Positions 38,531 to 51,296 of a stretch of DNA of 64,000 nucleotides are shown piece after piece (position 1 is the stretch's first letter; every line of letters starts with the position of its first letter). This stretch comes from Podarcis filfolensis. Taxonomy: Eukaryota. The stretch lies in the NCBI GenBank assembly GCA_964270895.1, contig OZ185437.1; one strand, written 5' to 3'. The notes under the pieces are model-generated. The model ran no database searches. It was given only the letters and a program-made list of their open reading frames with translations, and was not told the DNA's origin. The translations under genes were made by a program, and so were the position numbers.

Positions 38531-40083
38531 TTGGCCACAATAAGCAAATTTTTCCCATAGTATGACTATTTTCTACCTTCCCCTTTCAACTCTCTTACAC
38601 CCTATCTGTATAAACTAACAATTCTAAAATATAGATGCGCTTTTACTCTCGCAAAGATTGAATGTACTGCCCTTGGCTGTACTTTAGGTAAGATTCCAAC
38701 AGATTCTACACAAAAAAAGCTTATGTCCCTGTATAGATGGCAGTACCAAATCAGAGGTGCATGCCCTTCTGGCTTGCACTCTTTATAAAAACTTGAGGAA
38801 TGAGGTTATCACCCCTCTTTTATTGTCCATACCTCGTTGCCCAGCCACTGCCACAGTGTCCTTTCTCTTGGCAGATCAAAATGAGCAGGTGACAGCAAAG
38901 GTTGCAGGGTTTTTAGCTGGGGCAATTAGAATAAGATCCACTATTTGACTATTGATTCAAAACCCTAAAATGTATTTTATATCACTGACTTCTTATTTCT
39001 ATTCTTTGTATATTGTATTGTTGTTTTATTGCTATGGCCGATGGCTGACACAAATAAAGATTCATTCATTCACAAACTCACTCACTTATATGTGGTGGTC
39101 AGTCTCTGAATTGAATGTGTAACCAGCTCAGTATTGTTTATATGTGAAACACGGGATATTGCTAGAGAGGCTAAATGCATAGCCTGGTGGGGTAGGGGGT
39201 TTGGTAGTCTTTAAGAATAAAAAAGAGTGCTTGTAGGGTTCATTCCATGGGGAAGAAAACATTTTAATGTGCGCAGGAACACTTTCAGACTGACACCAGT
39301 TGTGCATTGTGTGGCATGTGGCATGGCTAGCTATAGCTTTCTGGGACATTACTTCACATGCCAAGTGTCAAACTGCTGTAGCGACCTATTACTGCCTTTT
39401 TGGTCACTTCTATTTAGAATTTTACGGGGAATTGTTTCCTACTGCAGGGAGACTGGTGCCCAGATTCACACAGATAATTAACTTGTTAATCAATGAATTG
39501 CCTTTTCCATTCACCTCAAGGCAACTTACAACCCACCCCCATAAAAAGACTAAAAACAGTTTTTAAAATAGCACAACTTTTCCAAGACCTTTAAACCCAA
39601 GGCACAGACCTTTTCATCTAGCTGCTAAAGCTTCATTTGTTGTTACAGTACACTAGCCTTTTTAACAGAACAGTAAAAAAAAAGGAAATGAATTTAAGAA
39701 AATGTAGGTCACATAAATAATTGTCCTGCATAGATTTTTTGTTTGCTATTCAAGATTTTCCCCAAATGCACTTGACTTATAAACAAAGAACAGTCTAATC
39801 AAACACATTGATTATCCAGCTCCAAGTGAATTCTTTACCCTTCTTTGAAAAGCGCCCTTGAATGAAAGTGTTCAATATCAAAGTTATGCTCAAGAGATTT
39901 TTATATTGCCTTGGCCTAAATTGCCATGAACATAATTAACAAAAAGACTTCCTGTTTACATTCAAGAAGTTGCCGCATCAAGATGGTAAAGAATTAAGAA
40001 ATCCTTGAGCTTTCAAACACATCTAGCTATACATAAGATATATACCTTTTAAAACAGGGTCTACCCAAACTAATGGTGTGCTT

Positions 40084-40378
40084 TTACTTGAATTGCAGAT
40101 GGACCTCCATTGGGAGCTTCCTCCACGAACAACTGGAGGAGGGCAGAAACCACAATGTATGTGGCCATAGCCTCTTCTTGCTCACGGAACCCTGTTCCCT
40201 CTTCAGCTTCTGACACCTTCTCCTCCCAGTCTACTCCCTCTTCTGCCTGTGACCACTCATTGTCATCCCATCACCAGTCCTCTGGCCCTGGGCCTTCTTC
40301 TACTCCCTGGGATTTCCCCTGGGGTTTCCCCAGCTGATACCTCCCACCAGTCCTCTGCATCCAGCTAGTCCATGACCT
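40084..40378 (-). mobile_element. Possible LTR-like remnant with pyrimidine-rich + strand, similar in style to 58376-58979
   Basis: Compositional and motif resemblance only. Confidence 0.3.
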
Positions 40379-40883
40379 CCTGCATTTGTCCAGAATTGTT
40401 CTATAATTTTTATAAGTGCATGGTTATACAGTAGTAACAAGCCCTGGGACCTTATGGCGAAGAAATATAAATAAATAAATTAAACAATGCCTCGCGATTC
40501 CCCAGGTCCTGACTGGCTGCTGGAATGTGGTGGAGGAGTCAGCAGTTCTGGTAGCCACTATGGTAGCAGTTTTGCCTGCTTCATGTCAAACTCTTCTTCC
40601 AAAACTGCATACCTTCCACCTTCCCGCTCAGTATGGAGGGGAGCCAGATTCCAGTGAATGGCAGTGTGGATTTCCAGTAGGCGGGGGTCATGGAAGCCAA
40701 CCCCACCTCTATCAAGATACTAAACTAAAATGCAGGTATCAGGAAGGAAGGGCGGTTTCTCATTGAGATTAAATAAAGGATTTGTGATGTCCTCTGTGCC
40801 TGGGGCAATTCCAAACCTCTTAGAGGTTTCCACAACCTCTCCGCTTTGCTTCCAGGTTTTGTGACACATAGGCAGTTGCTAGT

Positions 40884-41618
40884 TTGGAAGACGCCTGTGT
40901 GTGAATTTGTTTTATGTGTGTAGATCAATGCACGCTGACCAATGCACAGTCTTTGCAGTAAGGCTCTGTTCCGGTGGCATGAGTACACCATGATGACCGG
41001 TAGATTCTTATCTGCGGAAGCCTTCATCCGCCTTACAGCTGTTGTAGCATACCACTTGTTATCATCCGCCTGTTCTGCTGTTGAGGACTTTTTGGACCAC
41101 TCTTTGTCTAGCTCCTTCCCTTTGACCTTACCACCTTGGGTGACCCTGCTGGGAGTACGAGATTCCCGAAGGCTTCGTTCACAAGGGTCATAGGAATGTG
41201 CAAGCCCACTCACCACGACAAGGTGACGATCCAGCAAGTTCTGAACTTTAAAATGGAAAGCGTAATGCTGGTGGTCAACAAAAGAGATTTAAAGACTGTC
41301 TCAAGGCAAATTTTTTAAAAAAATGTAGTATAAACACCGACAACTGGGAAGCACTGACCTGAGAGCACTCCAGCTGGAGAACAGCCTTTACCAAAGGTGT
41401 CATGGGCTTCAAAGACACTCAAATTCAGGACGCAAGGGAGAAACGTACTAAGAGCACACTTGGCAAATCCACACCGTGATCAACTCCCACCCGGAAACCA
41501 ATGTGGAAGGAAGTGTGGATCCAGAATTGGCCTCCACAGTCACCTATGGACTCATTGTTAAAACCGTGTTTATGGAAGACAATCTTACTCGACTATGAGT
41601 GATCACCAAAGAAGAAGA
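40884..41618. mobile_element. RTE-clade LINE insertion: inverted 5' UTR segment (minus, 40884-~41236) plus 3' end (plus, ~41239-41618)
   Basis: 10-bp TSD AGTTGCTAGT (40874-40883 / 41619-41628). Plus part reads NGKRNAGGQQKRFKDCLK and NWEAL-like motifs and ends in a (GAA)n tail. Minus part shares 5' motifs with the BovB derivative at 51008-51296. Confidence 0.85.
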
Positions 41619-44344
41619 AGTTGCTAGTAAGAGTTGTATCATCCTTTATCAGGCTTGCCTTCTAATAGGGAGAGGTCCTACATCTTCTTTCCTTTTACAA
41701 GCTGAGCCCTGGATCAGACCCTAATACTCTCTTTTCCACCACCAGAGAGAAACCTGTTCCTCAAAGAGTTATTTTCAGTCTTTTGCTGTATCTGACCTTG
41801 GCCAGTAGTACTTGGAAGCCCAGGAAAGAGGCTTTTAGAGCAGATATCTTCAACCTTTTCAGACCCAGGACTTATTTTTAACCCAAACATGCATTTGGGG
41901 ACTGATTGCTTAATCCTTTACCATATGGTTGCATGGTGGTAGTGCTCCTGATCTGACTCATCTTGGATCAGGCCACAACCCACTAGCTGAAGGCCAGTGT
42001 TTCAGGGGGTCCAGCTCAGGCTGCCCATGGAAATTGCTTCACTCTCTCCAAACCTGGCCATGGCCTCCAACTTCTCTCCTCATTGCTTTGTTGGGATACC
42101 TATTCCAACATATGGTTGGCTTATATCTGTATGTGTAGACTAAGATGGATGTATTGATATTTATTGTATTTTGAATGTGAACTGTCAATTTTGTTTCTGT
42201 TCTGTTGTGTGCCCGTGGTTTTTTTTAAATGTTTTATCTCTATAACGTTTCTTCCATTAATAAATTTGCTACAAAAAGCAAAAGATGTAAAATATAAATG
42301 TAAAATATACCAGTGAAGGAATGATTAACGAAGAGCAGCTGCTTTATAATTTGACACAGGAACAATAGCCTCAAAATGCAATCTTGTTATCAGTCATGGG
42401 CTCACATAAACCATATTCTTCAAGATATTATGCAAATGATGTTACTATATCAAATCTGAAAGCATAGCGCTGGGGGGCGGGGACTTAACATCACATGCAT
42501 TTCCAAGGAGGCTTTCAGCTTTGAGCAGCTTATATTACTGATGGTTATTTCTTGGGTTTACATACTACTTTGTAGCAAGGCCCCTAAAATGTTTAGCTTA
42601 AATCATTAACAGAAATAATCTGGAATAATAATAATAAAAAATTCTCCATATAATTAAAACAATCAGAAGCAGTAAAGGCAGTACAGGAATTCCAGTTCCA
42701 TTCCCCAGTAACCATTATCTGCAGGTATTATCTCCAATAGCTGGAAGGCCAAATGCCCTTTTAGAAAAGAGTCGGGAAAAGATCCTGCGGCTCCTCATAT
42801 ACAGAATTCATATTTAGTGTGTTGTGTGGGGCGGGGAGGAGATAAAGTAGCAGTATATAAGGGTTATAGAGGCCAGATGAATGGCTGTTGGGATCGTTAC
42901 TAAAGGTCAATTCACACAGCCCAAAATTTATTTATCTTTTATTTATCAAGAAATGTAGTATATACTGCCCTTCAGTAAAAGATTGCTGGGCAATGTTCAA
43001 CTGGAAACCAACCTAATCACCATAGAACACAAAACTAAAAAACCCCAGTTGTTTTGAAACAACTCATAATAAAGTCAGCAGTGTCAAACTACCCATAAAG
43101 CACCCTCATGCTGTGGCAATTTGAAGAGAATTCAACACGCAATACCCTTTCCCTTGTGGCAAAGCAGGTCTTTGATGTCAGTGTGACATATGTCCACTCA
43201 TTTGATCTCATCAGACAGTTGCTGGACATACTTACAGCTGTAATGGAATCTTCGTAGGTTATCATGTGTTGAGGGTAGATGTTTTGTTGTACAATTTTGC
43301 CCTGAGGTTATTGTGTGGGTGAGAGGCTAAAAGGAGAAGAGGAGGAAGCTGTGAGAAAGAAGATATTCAGAAAAGAGAATTGCAACGGAAAAACTATATT
43401 AAGTATCTGGGGAAATTATCCAAGACTGAATTGTATATACTCTTATATTCATTGCTGGTCTTTAACTGCTCTTTTTATGTACCTGAATTCTGTTGGCCAC
43501 AGAAAAATATGTATCATTATAAATTAAAGAATGGTTTCTTTTGATGAACATTTGTTGGGGGGGGAAGTATGATAGTAATAAACCCACAGATGAAGCTATC
43601 TCCAATTTCACCTTTGCTTCCTGTCCCTCTTTTAAAATTTAAATTATTCCATTTCCTGCAGCCAAAGCCTTCTCCAGCCTCTAAAGAGGCCAATCTTTTA
43701 ATCAAAGGACTTGTTATTCATGAACATTTTCAGGACAGAAAGGATTATAATTAAAAGGCCCATGACAACAGACCAATATTCCCTCCTAGCCCAGACAGAA
43801 AAGAAATGAAATTGAGATTTCTGTATTTTAAAAATCCATCTCTTCACATATCAAAACCATAATAATTCAGCAGTCTCTGAATGCACTCCTGTGCACATTT
43901 ACTTAAGAATAAGGCCTGCTGAATATAGTAGACACAGAGAGTCTTACTTCCAACTTAACATGCATATTAGTGTTAAAATTAGGAGCCATCGCTTAAAACA
44001 GTAGTTCCGATAATATCAATTAAAATAATAGAACATCCAATAATCTGTGTTGCTGGATGATTTGCACCAGGGAATAAATAGGGTGGTGGTCGTGGTGGAG
44101 CAATCCTGTTGATTCTTCTGGACCTCTCTATCTTTCAATATCATCAGCTATAGTGTCCTTCTGGACCATTTCTTGGTTGGGACGTGGGGAAAATGTTTTG
44201 TAGTGGCTTTAGCCCCACCTGAAAGCTGGGGATCAGAAAGTGGTCTTGGGGAATGTGCTCTACCTCAAGGCCTCTCACCTCTTGGGACAACCCGGCTCCA
44301 TTCTCTTCCCTACTCTTCAACATCCACATGAAACCAGTGGTAGA

Positions 44345-44510
44345 AGACATCTGGAGGTCTGAGCTAAATTGTCACCCATATTTGGATGACACACGCCTCT
44401 CATTTCTATCTTCTAGTTGCTAAGACGCAATAGAAACCCTCATCAGATTTCTAGGCACAGTTTGAGGGTGTGTGCGTTTGAGGGTGAATAAGCAAAAACT
44501 TAATCCAGGA
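44345..44510 (+). mobile_element. L2/CR1-clade RT fragment
   Basis: CHPYLDDT (YADD-like) and RVNKQKLNP motifs. Confidence 0.6.
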
Positions 44511-45689
44511 GGAGGGTGGTACTTTCAGCAGCATTGGAATCTGAACCCTATTTCCTTTTGCATCCGTGTGAAGCCAGGATGCATAGAAATATCCAGAAAA
44601 TGGTTCTCATTCAAATTATGATGAGGTGGCAGTTAAGGACTCCTGATACTATTGTAAAATTATAATACACTGCCACAGGAACACAGAGAAAAATATAGAA
44701 AATGAATACATTATAGAAAATAATGATATATATTCAATTCCCTTGAAGATTTCCACTGCCTCTACCCTCGATACATGTATGTACACTATAGTATGTGAAA
44801 TTCCAGGAAGATATGCAGTAAGAAAGCAATAAAAGATTTATAGTGAATGTTAAAAACAGCAATCGTAATTTGCCTTGACCACAACAGATCTCTTTTCTAG
44901 AAGCCTGGCAGAGCTGCCAGCTACTTGTCACAAACAGCTGAGACAGCCCTGTGAAGTGACAAGCATCTGGAGCTTGCTTGTTCTCTTAAATCTATTGCCT
45001 TGATGCCTATTTCCTTGAGAATTTCCATCAGTTTTCTGTTCCATTTTGTCAATTATAGTGAACAACTGTAGCCACGGATTGCTTTTCGGCTAGCAGTCTT
45101 GATGTTAATGAAAAGTTGCTTCATATGCTGTGTAGTTTCAGCAGCTTGCTTCCACAGTCTGATTGCAGCGTGTGAAGAAGAAGAATACAAGCAATGGGGC
45201 AACTAATGGGGGTAGATGCAAATGCCCTCTGAAACATCGTTCAGCTGGATGAATGCCACATCCCTTATGCCTGCAAGTACCGTTATTCCTTGCCATCAAT
45301 CATTAAAGAAACCACCATATAAGCCAGTAATGTGTCTCATTGAGCTAAGAGTGACCTGAGGGCTTTCACCCGTCGTCTTGTGGTGCAACACTCAAAACTG
45401 CATAGAGGAAAGAAAATGGCTCTACTCCTGATAGCTCACCATTCCTCACTACTACTGCATAGCTATAAATGCTACCAAGGGTTGTTTTGTTTTAAATATG
45501 TTTTTATTAAAGATTTTCCATAAGTATCAAAAGTACATTCAGTGTCTCTATTGTCAATTTGTAGAGTCTTTCATACAGGTCAATTCAAGACATTTTTGTT
45601 TTAAGTAATGGGTTGAGGGGGAAAGAGAAGAGGATAAAATAGAAAAGGAGAAGGGGGTGGGAGAGGCAGTAAACTTTCATTCTTTACAG

Positions 45690-46368
45690 CAGGGGTCAGC
45701 AAACTTTTTCAGCAGGTGGCCGGTCAACTGTCCCTCAGACCCTATGGGGGGCTGGACTATATTTTGTTTTTTCAATTTTTTTATTGATTTTCACAAAATT
45801 ATAAACAAACAAACAAACAAACAAACAAAAATCATAACCTTATTAAAATTACGCTTATTAACATTGTTAAGTGACTTCCTCGCTTCCCCTTGGTTGAATT
45901 TCAATGCATATTTTAACGGTTTTCCAAATCAGAGTTCTTATAAACTTAACTTAATCATTTAACATCCTTATATCTTTTCAATTTGAGGTTAAACATATTA
46001 ATTCATCACGTAACTTATATAAAATCCTAAGCCAATCAAATACCTGCAAGCTATTTCCGATTAGTTTAACTTAACAAATTTAACTAAATAATCATTAAAT
46101 TTTGTCCAAGGGCTGGACTATATTTTGAAAAAAAATAATGAATGAATTCCTATGCCCCACAAATAACCCAGAGATGCATTTTAAATAAAAGCACACATTC
46201 TACTCATGTAAAAACAGGCAGGCCCCACAAATAACCCAGAGATGCATTTTAAATAAAAGGACACATTCTACTCATGTAAAAACACGCTGATTCCAGGACT
46301 GTCCACGGGCCAGATTTAGAAGGTGATTGGGCTGGATCCGGCCTCGGGCCTTAGTTTGCCTACCCATG
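45690..46368 (+). mobile_element. hAT MITE (CAGGGGTCAGCAAACT / AGTTTGCCTACCCATG) carrying a nested insertion
   Basis: Perfect 8-bp TSD CTTTACAG (45682-45689 / 46369-46376). Confidence 0.95.
45767..46109 (-). mobile_element. L1-type 3' UTR fragment inserted in the hAT MITE
   Basis: 18-bp TSD GGGCTGGACTATATTTTG (45749-45766 / 46110-46127); T-rich left end; contains the reverse complement of AAGGGGAAGCGAGGAAGTC. Confidence 0.88.
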
Positions 46369-48855
46369 CTTTACAGAATGTATGGTGCTTTTCTGTCTGT
46401 GTTGCGTGGATAGGTGTCTTATTTTTGCTGGTGGAGCGAGAGATCAGAGGGCCCAGGGCATGGTTGGTTACAGTGAGTTTTGATTGTGTGTGAGGGGGTG
46501 TTGATTGCTTTGTGTGTTGTTGGGGGTGGGAATCAGGCATTGTCTTATTGGCCTGTGCATGTGATAAAGGGGAGCCCCACAGGGGTGAAGGTGTCCTCCC
46601 TTGTTTGTCCATGTGATAGTTCCAGTTTGTTGGTTAGTTTTTCTTGTAGAGCGGCCCCATACAGTTTTGTACCAGTGGTGAAAGGACATTCTCGATAGGA
46701 CCCTCTAGTGTCTAGATATGACACTCCTAACTACTGAGAGTAAGTGACATGAATACTTTGTCATGTGAGTGTGCATTATTGTTTTGGAAGACATATGTAG
46801 GGCCATTTCTGGAGTTGCTTCTCTTACCTGTTTTGTTAGTTTGCAGATTTCTTGTAAGACTGGTATCCAGAAAGGTTGGATTTTGGAGCATTCCCACCAC
46901 ATGTGGAGGCATGTGCCTGTGGCAGTGCAACCTCTCCAGCACTTAGATGAAGTTCCTGGGTGTATCATTGCTAGCTTACGTGGTGTTAGAAGTCTGTTAG
47001 GCAGTGTAGACCTTTGGCTTGCCATCCCTCATTTGGAAATTGTGTGATGCAATATGGAACTGTGGGTGATGGGCCAGGGAGATTAGTGGGGATAGGGCTA
47101 GGGACAATGTTTCTGCTTTTTCTTTCCATGCTTTAAGCATGGTCTGCATGAACCTGTTTTGTGTCATGGGGTTTTTCTTAGGTTTTGAGAAATGGGTGGG
47201 GGTGTTTCCGATCATATCTATCTCCATGTGCACCCATTGTTTCATTACGTCTTCTAAGATGTATGAGATTACGAAGCATGCTTGGTTGGCAAGGTATAGT
47301 TCTATATTGGGAATTCCCCATCCTCCTTCTGAAGAGGGGACGTACAGGAACTTGGAGCTTATTCATGGCTTTTTGTGTGCGAAGATAAGTGAGTGTAGCT
47401 TTTTCTGTCACTTCCGGAGGTGGGTTGAGGGGATCCTAATTGGAAGGATTCGGAATAAGCAGGTTAATTTCAGGAGGGTTATCATTTTGATCATGACTAG
47501 TTTGTCTGAGTGAGTGAAGTTGGTTCTACTCCATCTCTTCAGGTCTTTATTGATTTCCTGCCAGGGTGGGGGTTGTGTTGTGAAAGTACAGCTTGTTGAG
47601 GTTTCTGATTATTTATTCCCCTAAGAATCTAAATTTGGTTCAGCAAAGTTTTATCTGACTCCCTATTCTCCATCTCTCTGCATTTGCTTACTTCTCAGCC
47701 AATCTTCCTGACTTTTATCTGCCTGCCATCTCCTTGTGTCTCTGCCCAGATTTCTTTGGATGGACTCCTTGTCTTGGATACTGGCTTGTGATTGATCTTG
47801 CCTCATCCTTCTCCTCCTGCAGTGCATGTGCTCCTGCCACTCTGAGCAGCAATCCCATGAAGCAGGTTAGACTGAGAGAGACTGGCATGCCTTAAGCCAC
47901 CCACTGAGTTTTATAGCTGAACAAGGAACTATGTCAGAATTTCCCCCATTGAAAACAACACCCTGGCAAACCATTGCATCAGACTGGTTCCCACACCGAC
48001 TGCTTTATTTTTGTGTGTGATTTCAGTGATATGTGGAGTTGTGAGGGTTTGTGGATATCCCTTCCCAATAAAATGGAAAGTATTAGCCTATTACTCAAAT
48101 GGCGGAAGTAATTTGGGACAGGAAGATACAAACAAACACAGGCTGAATTTTCAAAAGTACACAAAATTAGTTTAATTTTGTTCCTTTTGAAATAATTTGC
48201 AGTTTGACCATTGCACATAAAATCCTTAAAAACATCTAGATTTTTTAATAATTGGTAAATAAAGATGATTACTTGGCAAGGCTGTACATTAATCTTTCTG
48301 TGAATTTTTAATATGGTCCCTGATAGGCACTGAACAATGATGGTTAATGGATGTAATAAATAGTTCCATCCTCAGCACAGTTTGACTGAAATGGCTTTCA
48401 GAATGTCTCCTAATCTAATCATATAGCTCTTTCAACTTTGAAATTTCCATTAAATTTTAGTGTAAACAAGAAAGTGCTTCTTTCCACGTTTCCACGTCTC
48501 CATCCATACAATATAATTTTCATCGTCATCATCATCATCAACATCACACCCCGTTAGTGTTTCCCTCTTGGAATCTACCACAACCATTTAATGACTGCAA
48601 ATCTAATAAATAGCAAAACAAATGTAAGCTCTGTCCTTGCCAAAGAGTAAATTGAGTGTAGATGAGCTTCATAAACTAATTTAACAGGTGGCCTTGCAGC
48701 TGCCTCCCAAACATAAGTCAATTATACACTTAGTATAATTTAAATGAACAAGAACTGAGTTTCTGCTTTTTGTTTGTTTGTTGATTTGTTCAATCCCAAG
48801 TACCAAAAGAAACACACACCTCATGTTCAGATAAGTGGTAAATGAACACCCGATA

Positions 48856-48861
<6 letters not shown>

Positions 48862-48908
<47 letters not shown>
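48862..48908. repeat. (TA)n microsatellite
   Basis: Direct reading. Confidence 0.98.
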
Positions 48909-48911
<3 letters not shown>

Positions 48912-49231
48912 TAATCCTATCCTCTGATTTGCCCTACTAGGCTTTTTAGGAAGTGGCAGAGGTTTCCTCTGCTAGAGAGGGGCCTCCACCGGAGGTTTCT
49001 CCTGCACATGCCAAAAGCATAGGCAAAACTACTACTGGTAGTGTCTCCACGAACAACAGATAATATAAGCAATTGAAACAGATAGGGTCTGAGTGTGAAG
49101 CTGGGTTGGCCAGGGATCTACTGGCTCCTAAGGCCATTCAGTTACTGGTGATGGGTCTAATCTGAGCTTCTCTTCTGTGCTAGCCTGGAGCTGGTGCAGC
49201 AAAACTTGATAGTTTTACAGTCCCAATACCT

Positions 49232-49435
49232 AGTTACAGGTAGGTAGCCGTGTTGGTCTGCCATAGTCGAAACAAAATAAAACAAATCCTTCCAGTAGCA
49301 CCTTAGAGACCAATTCAGTTTGTTATTGGTATGGGCTTTCGTGTGCATGCACACATCTTCAGATATCTGAAGAAGTGTGGATGCACACGAAAGCTCATAC
49401 CAATAACAAACTTAGTTGGTCTCTAAGGTGCTACT
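49232..49435. mobile_element. Penelope-like element remnant forming a 2 x 71-bp palindrome
   Basis: 13-bp TSD AGTCCCAATACCT (49219-49231 / 49436-49448); arms 49294-49364 and 49365-49435; motif recalled from squamate Penelope pseudo-LTRs. Confidence 0.85.
49362..49403 (+). ncRNA. Minimal type I hammerhead ribozyme-like motif
   Basis: CUGAAGA (49367-49373), A, stem II GUGUG-GAUG-CACAC, GAAA (49389-49392), GC, UC cleavage-site position, AUACC. Stem I is only ~3 bp. Confidence 0.6.
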
Positions 49436-49666
49436 AGTCCCAATACCTTCAGCCCTGGCCAGCATGAATGGCAGAGCTTTGCATGCAGCAGCGGTATGTC
49501 CATTCCATGCAGCCCCATAGCCCTAGTCTGAGGAAGGTTAAATTCTTATCTCTGTGAATGCCAGACTTGGCCTGCATCTCCTCAGCTAACAGTTTCTTAC
49601 AGCGCGAGACTTTTTCTTTGCAGTGGCAGTAATGCAGCTTTCCTTTCTTTCTCATAATGTATAGGC

Positions 49667-49978
49667 CAGGGGTCAGCAAACTTTTTCAGCAGGGGGCCGG
49701 TCCACTGTCCCTCAGACCATGTGGTGGGCTGGACTATATTTTGGGGGAAAAAATGAACGAATTCCTATGCCCCACAAATAACCCAGAGATGCATTTTAAA
49801 TAAAAGCACACATTCTACTCATGTAAAAACACCAGGCAGGCTCCACAAATAACCTGGAGAAGTATTTTAAATAAAAAGACACATGTAAAAACACGCTGAT
49901 TCCTGGACCGTCTGTGGGCCAGATTTAGAAGGCGATTGAGCCAGATCCGGCCGCCGGGCCTTAGTTTGCTTACCCATG
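49667..49978 (+). mobile_element. hAT MITE, same family as 45690
   Basis: Perfect 8-bp TSD GTATAGGC (49659-49666 / 49979-49986). Confidence 0.95.
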
Positions 49979-50244
49979 GTATAGGCTATTGTTGGCAGAA
50001 GCAGCAGTAACTACTGGCAGCCTGGCCATCATTATGCATCTTCCATGATGCCTCAGATCTAGCCGAATTCTGAAGGGGGGGGGAGATGGTGGCAGCCACA
50101 AAATATGGTGGAGAATATTGGGAGAAAATTCTACAAAGTAGATGCCCCCCACCCCTGGATTCAGAAAAGGAAAAATATCAGAAGTTTTCAAGGAAAAGGG
50201 TCTTCTGAGAAATTGCAGCTCAGCTCTGATTTTAAGATAATAAT

Positions 50245-50302
50245 CACAGAATCATAGAATTGCAGAGTAGGGGGGTACGCTGAGGAACATCTAGTCCAAC
50301 CA
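50245..50302 (-). mobile_element. CR1 3' terminus
   Basis: CACAGAATCATAGAAT...CATCTAGTCCAACC. Confidence 0.7.
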
Positions 50303-51007
50303 TTTCTGATACCAAATGATTTTGAAGGTGGGCCAGTTTTTCAAGGATTATTGTTTTGAAATTGGGCCGCATTTCAAGAAATCAATGCTAGTGTTTACAT
50401 ATTCTGTAACAATATGTGTGTTTCATGAAAAGCAAAATTAACTGGGCATATACTGTATTTTGTGAGCTGTGTTATGTACTTCTTTTAAAGGTATTATTAT
50501 TGGAAACTCAAAGGATCTGCTATTTTTACAGTGCTTCCATTAAATCCTTTCAGTGGTGCTCCCTGAGGCAGCAATTACTATTATTTCTTCAATTTGATTC
50601 AAATTCTTCGATCTCCCTAGAAGTGGATTAGTTTTTTAAATTACCAAGGGATGCCTGATATTATAGGAAGTAGTTGCTTTATCCTAGAATGTCAGTGTCT
50701 ATTAAGGGAATCTTTAATCCACATATTTCAGACATAATATGCTATTAGAGCACCAGTGAGGCTAGAAAGGTGTATCCTGGCAATTTCTTCTTGAGGAGCT
50801 GTTAGACTACAAAACGTTCATGCGATATACTATAATGGTTCCATAAGGATAGGTAATTAGAGTACATTATGTACTCTAAACTGGGGATTTTTTTTTAATT
50901 GACTAAACCATGAGTACAAGGTTACTTTGTATGCTAAATATTATGATCTGAAGCAGTGGAATTTGCAAATAACATTTGCTTATACTCATAGCATACTGAT
51001 TAAAAGT

Positions 51008-51296
51008 TGTTGTTGTTTAGTCGTCTTAGTCATGTTTGACTCTCCGTGACCCCATGAACCAGAGCATGCCTTGGAAACTCTCACTTTCTTCTCAAAGCTT
51101 CTCCTTTTTTATGTCCATGGAGTTTTCTTGGAAAATACTGGAATGGTTTGCCAATTCCTTCTCCAGGTGGATCACATTTAGTCTAAACTCTCGGCTATGA
51201 CCTGTCCATCTTGGGTGGCCCTGCACGGCATAGCTCATAGCTTCTCTGAGTTATTCAAGCCCCTTCACCACGACAAGGCAGTGATCCATGAAGGGG
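51008..51296 (-). mobile_element. Bipartite BovB/RTE derivative (5' UTR joined to 3' end)
   Basis: 13-bp TSD ACTGATTAAAAGT (50995-51007 / 51297-51309); 5' CACTGCCTTGTCGTGG...CCACCTGGAGAAGGAA; 3' GGGGTCACGGAGAGTC...(CAA)n. Confidence 0.88.

Larger units (their letters stand above)
45481..47625 (-). mobile_element. 5'-truncated L1/Tx1 LINE (post-RT region, Cys-His motif, 3' UTR), interrupted by a hAT MITE
   Basis: SKCWRGCTATGTCLHMWWECSKIQPFW zinc-knuckle-like motif; frameshifted EINKDLKRW region near 47540; T-rich 3' end at 45481-45510. Confidence 0.85.

Noticed and set aside
40725-41237. 170-aa minus-strand ORF, first read as an L1 ORF1 remnant
   Set aside because: It crosses the TSD boundary at 40884, and the DNA matches RTE 5' UTR motifs; not a real CDS.
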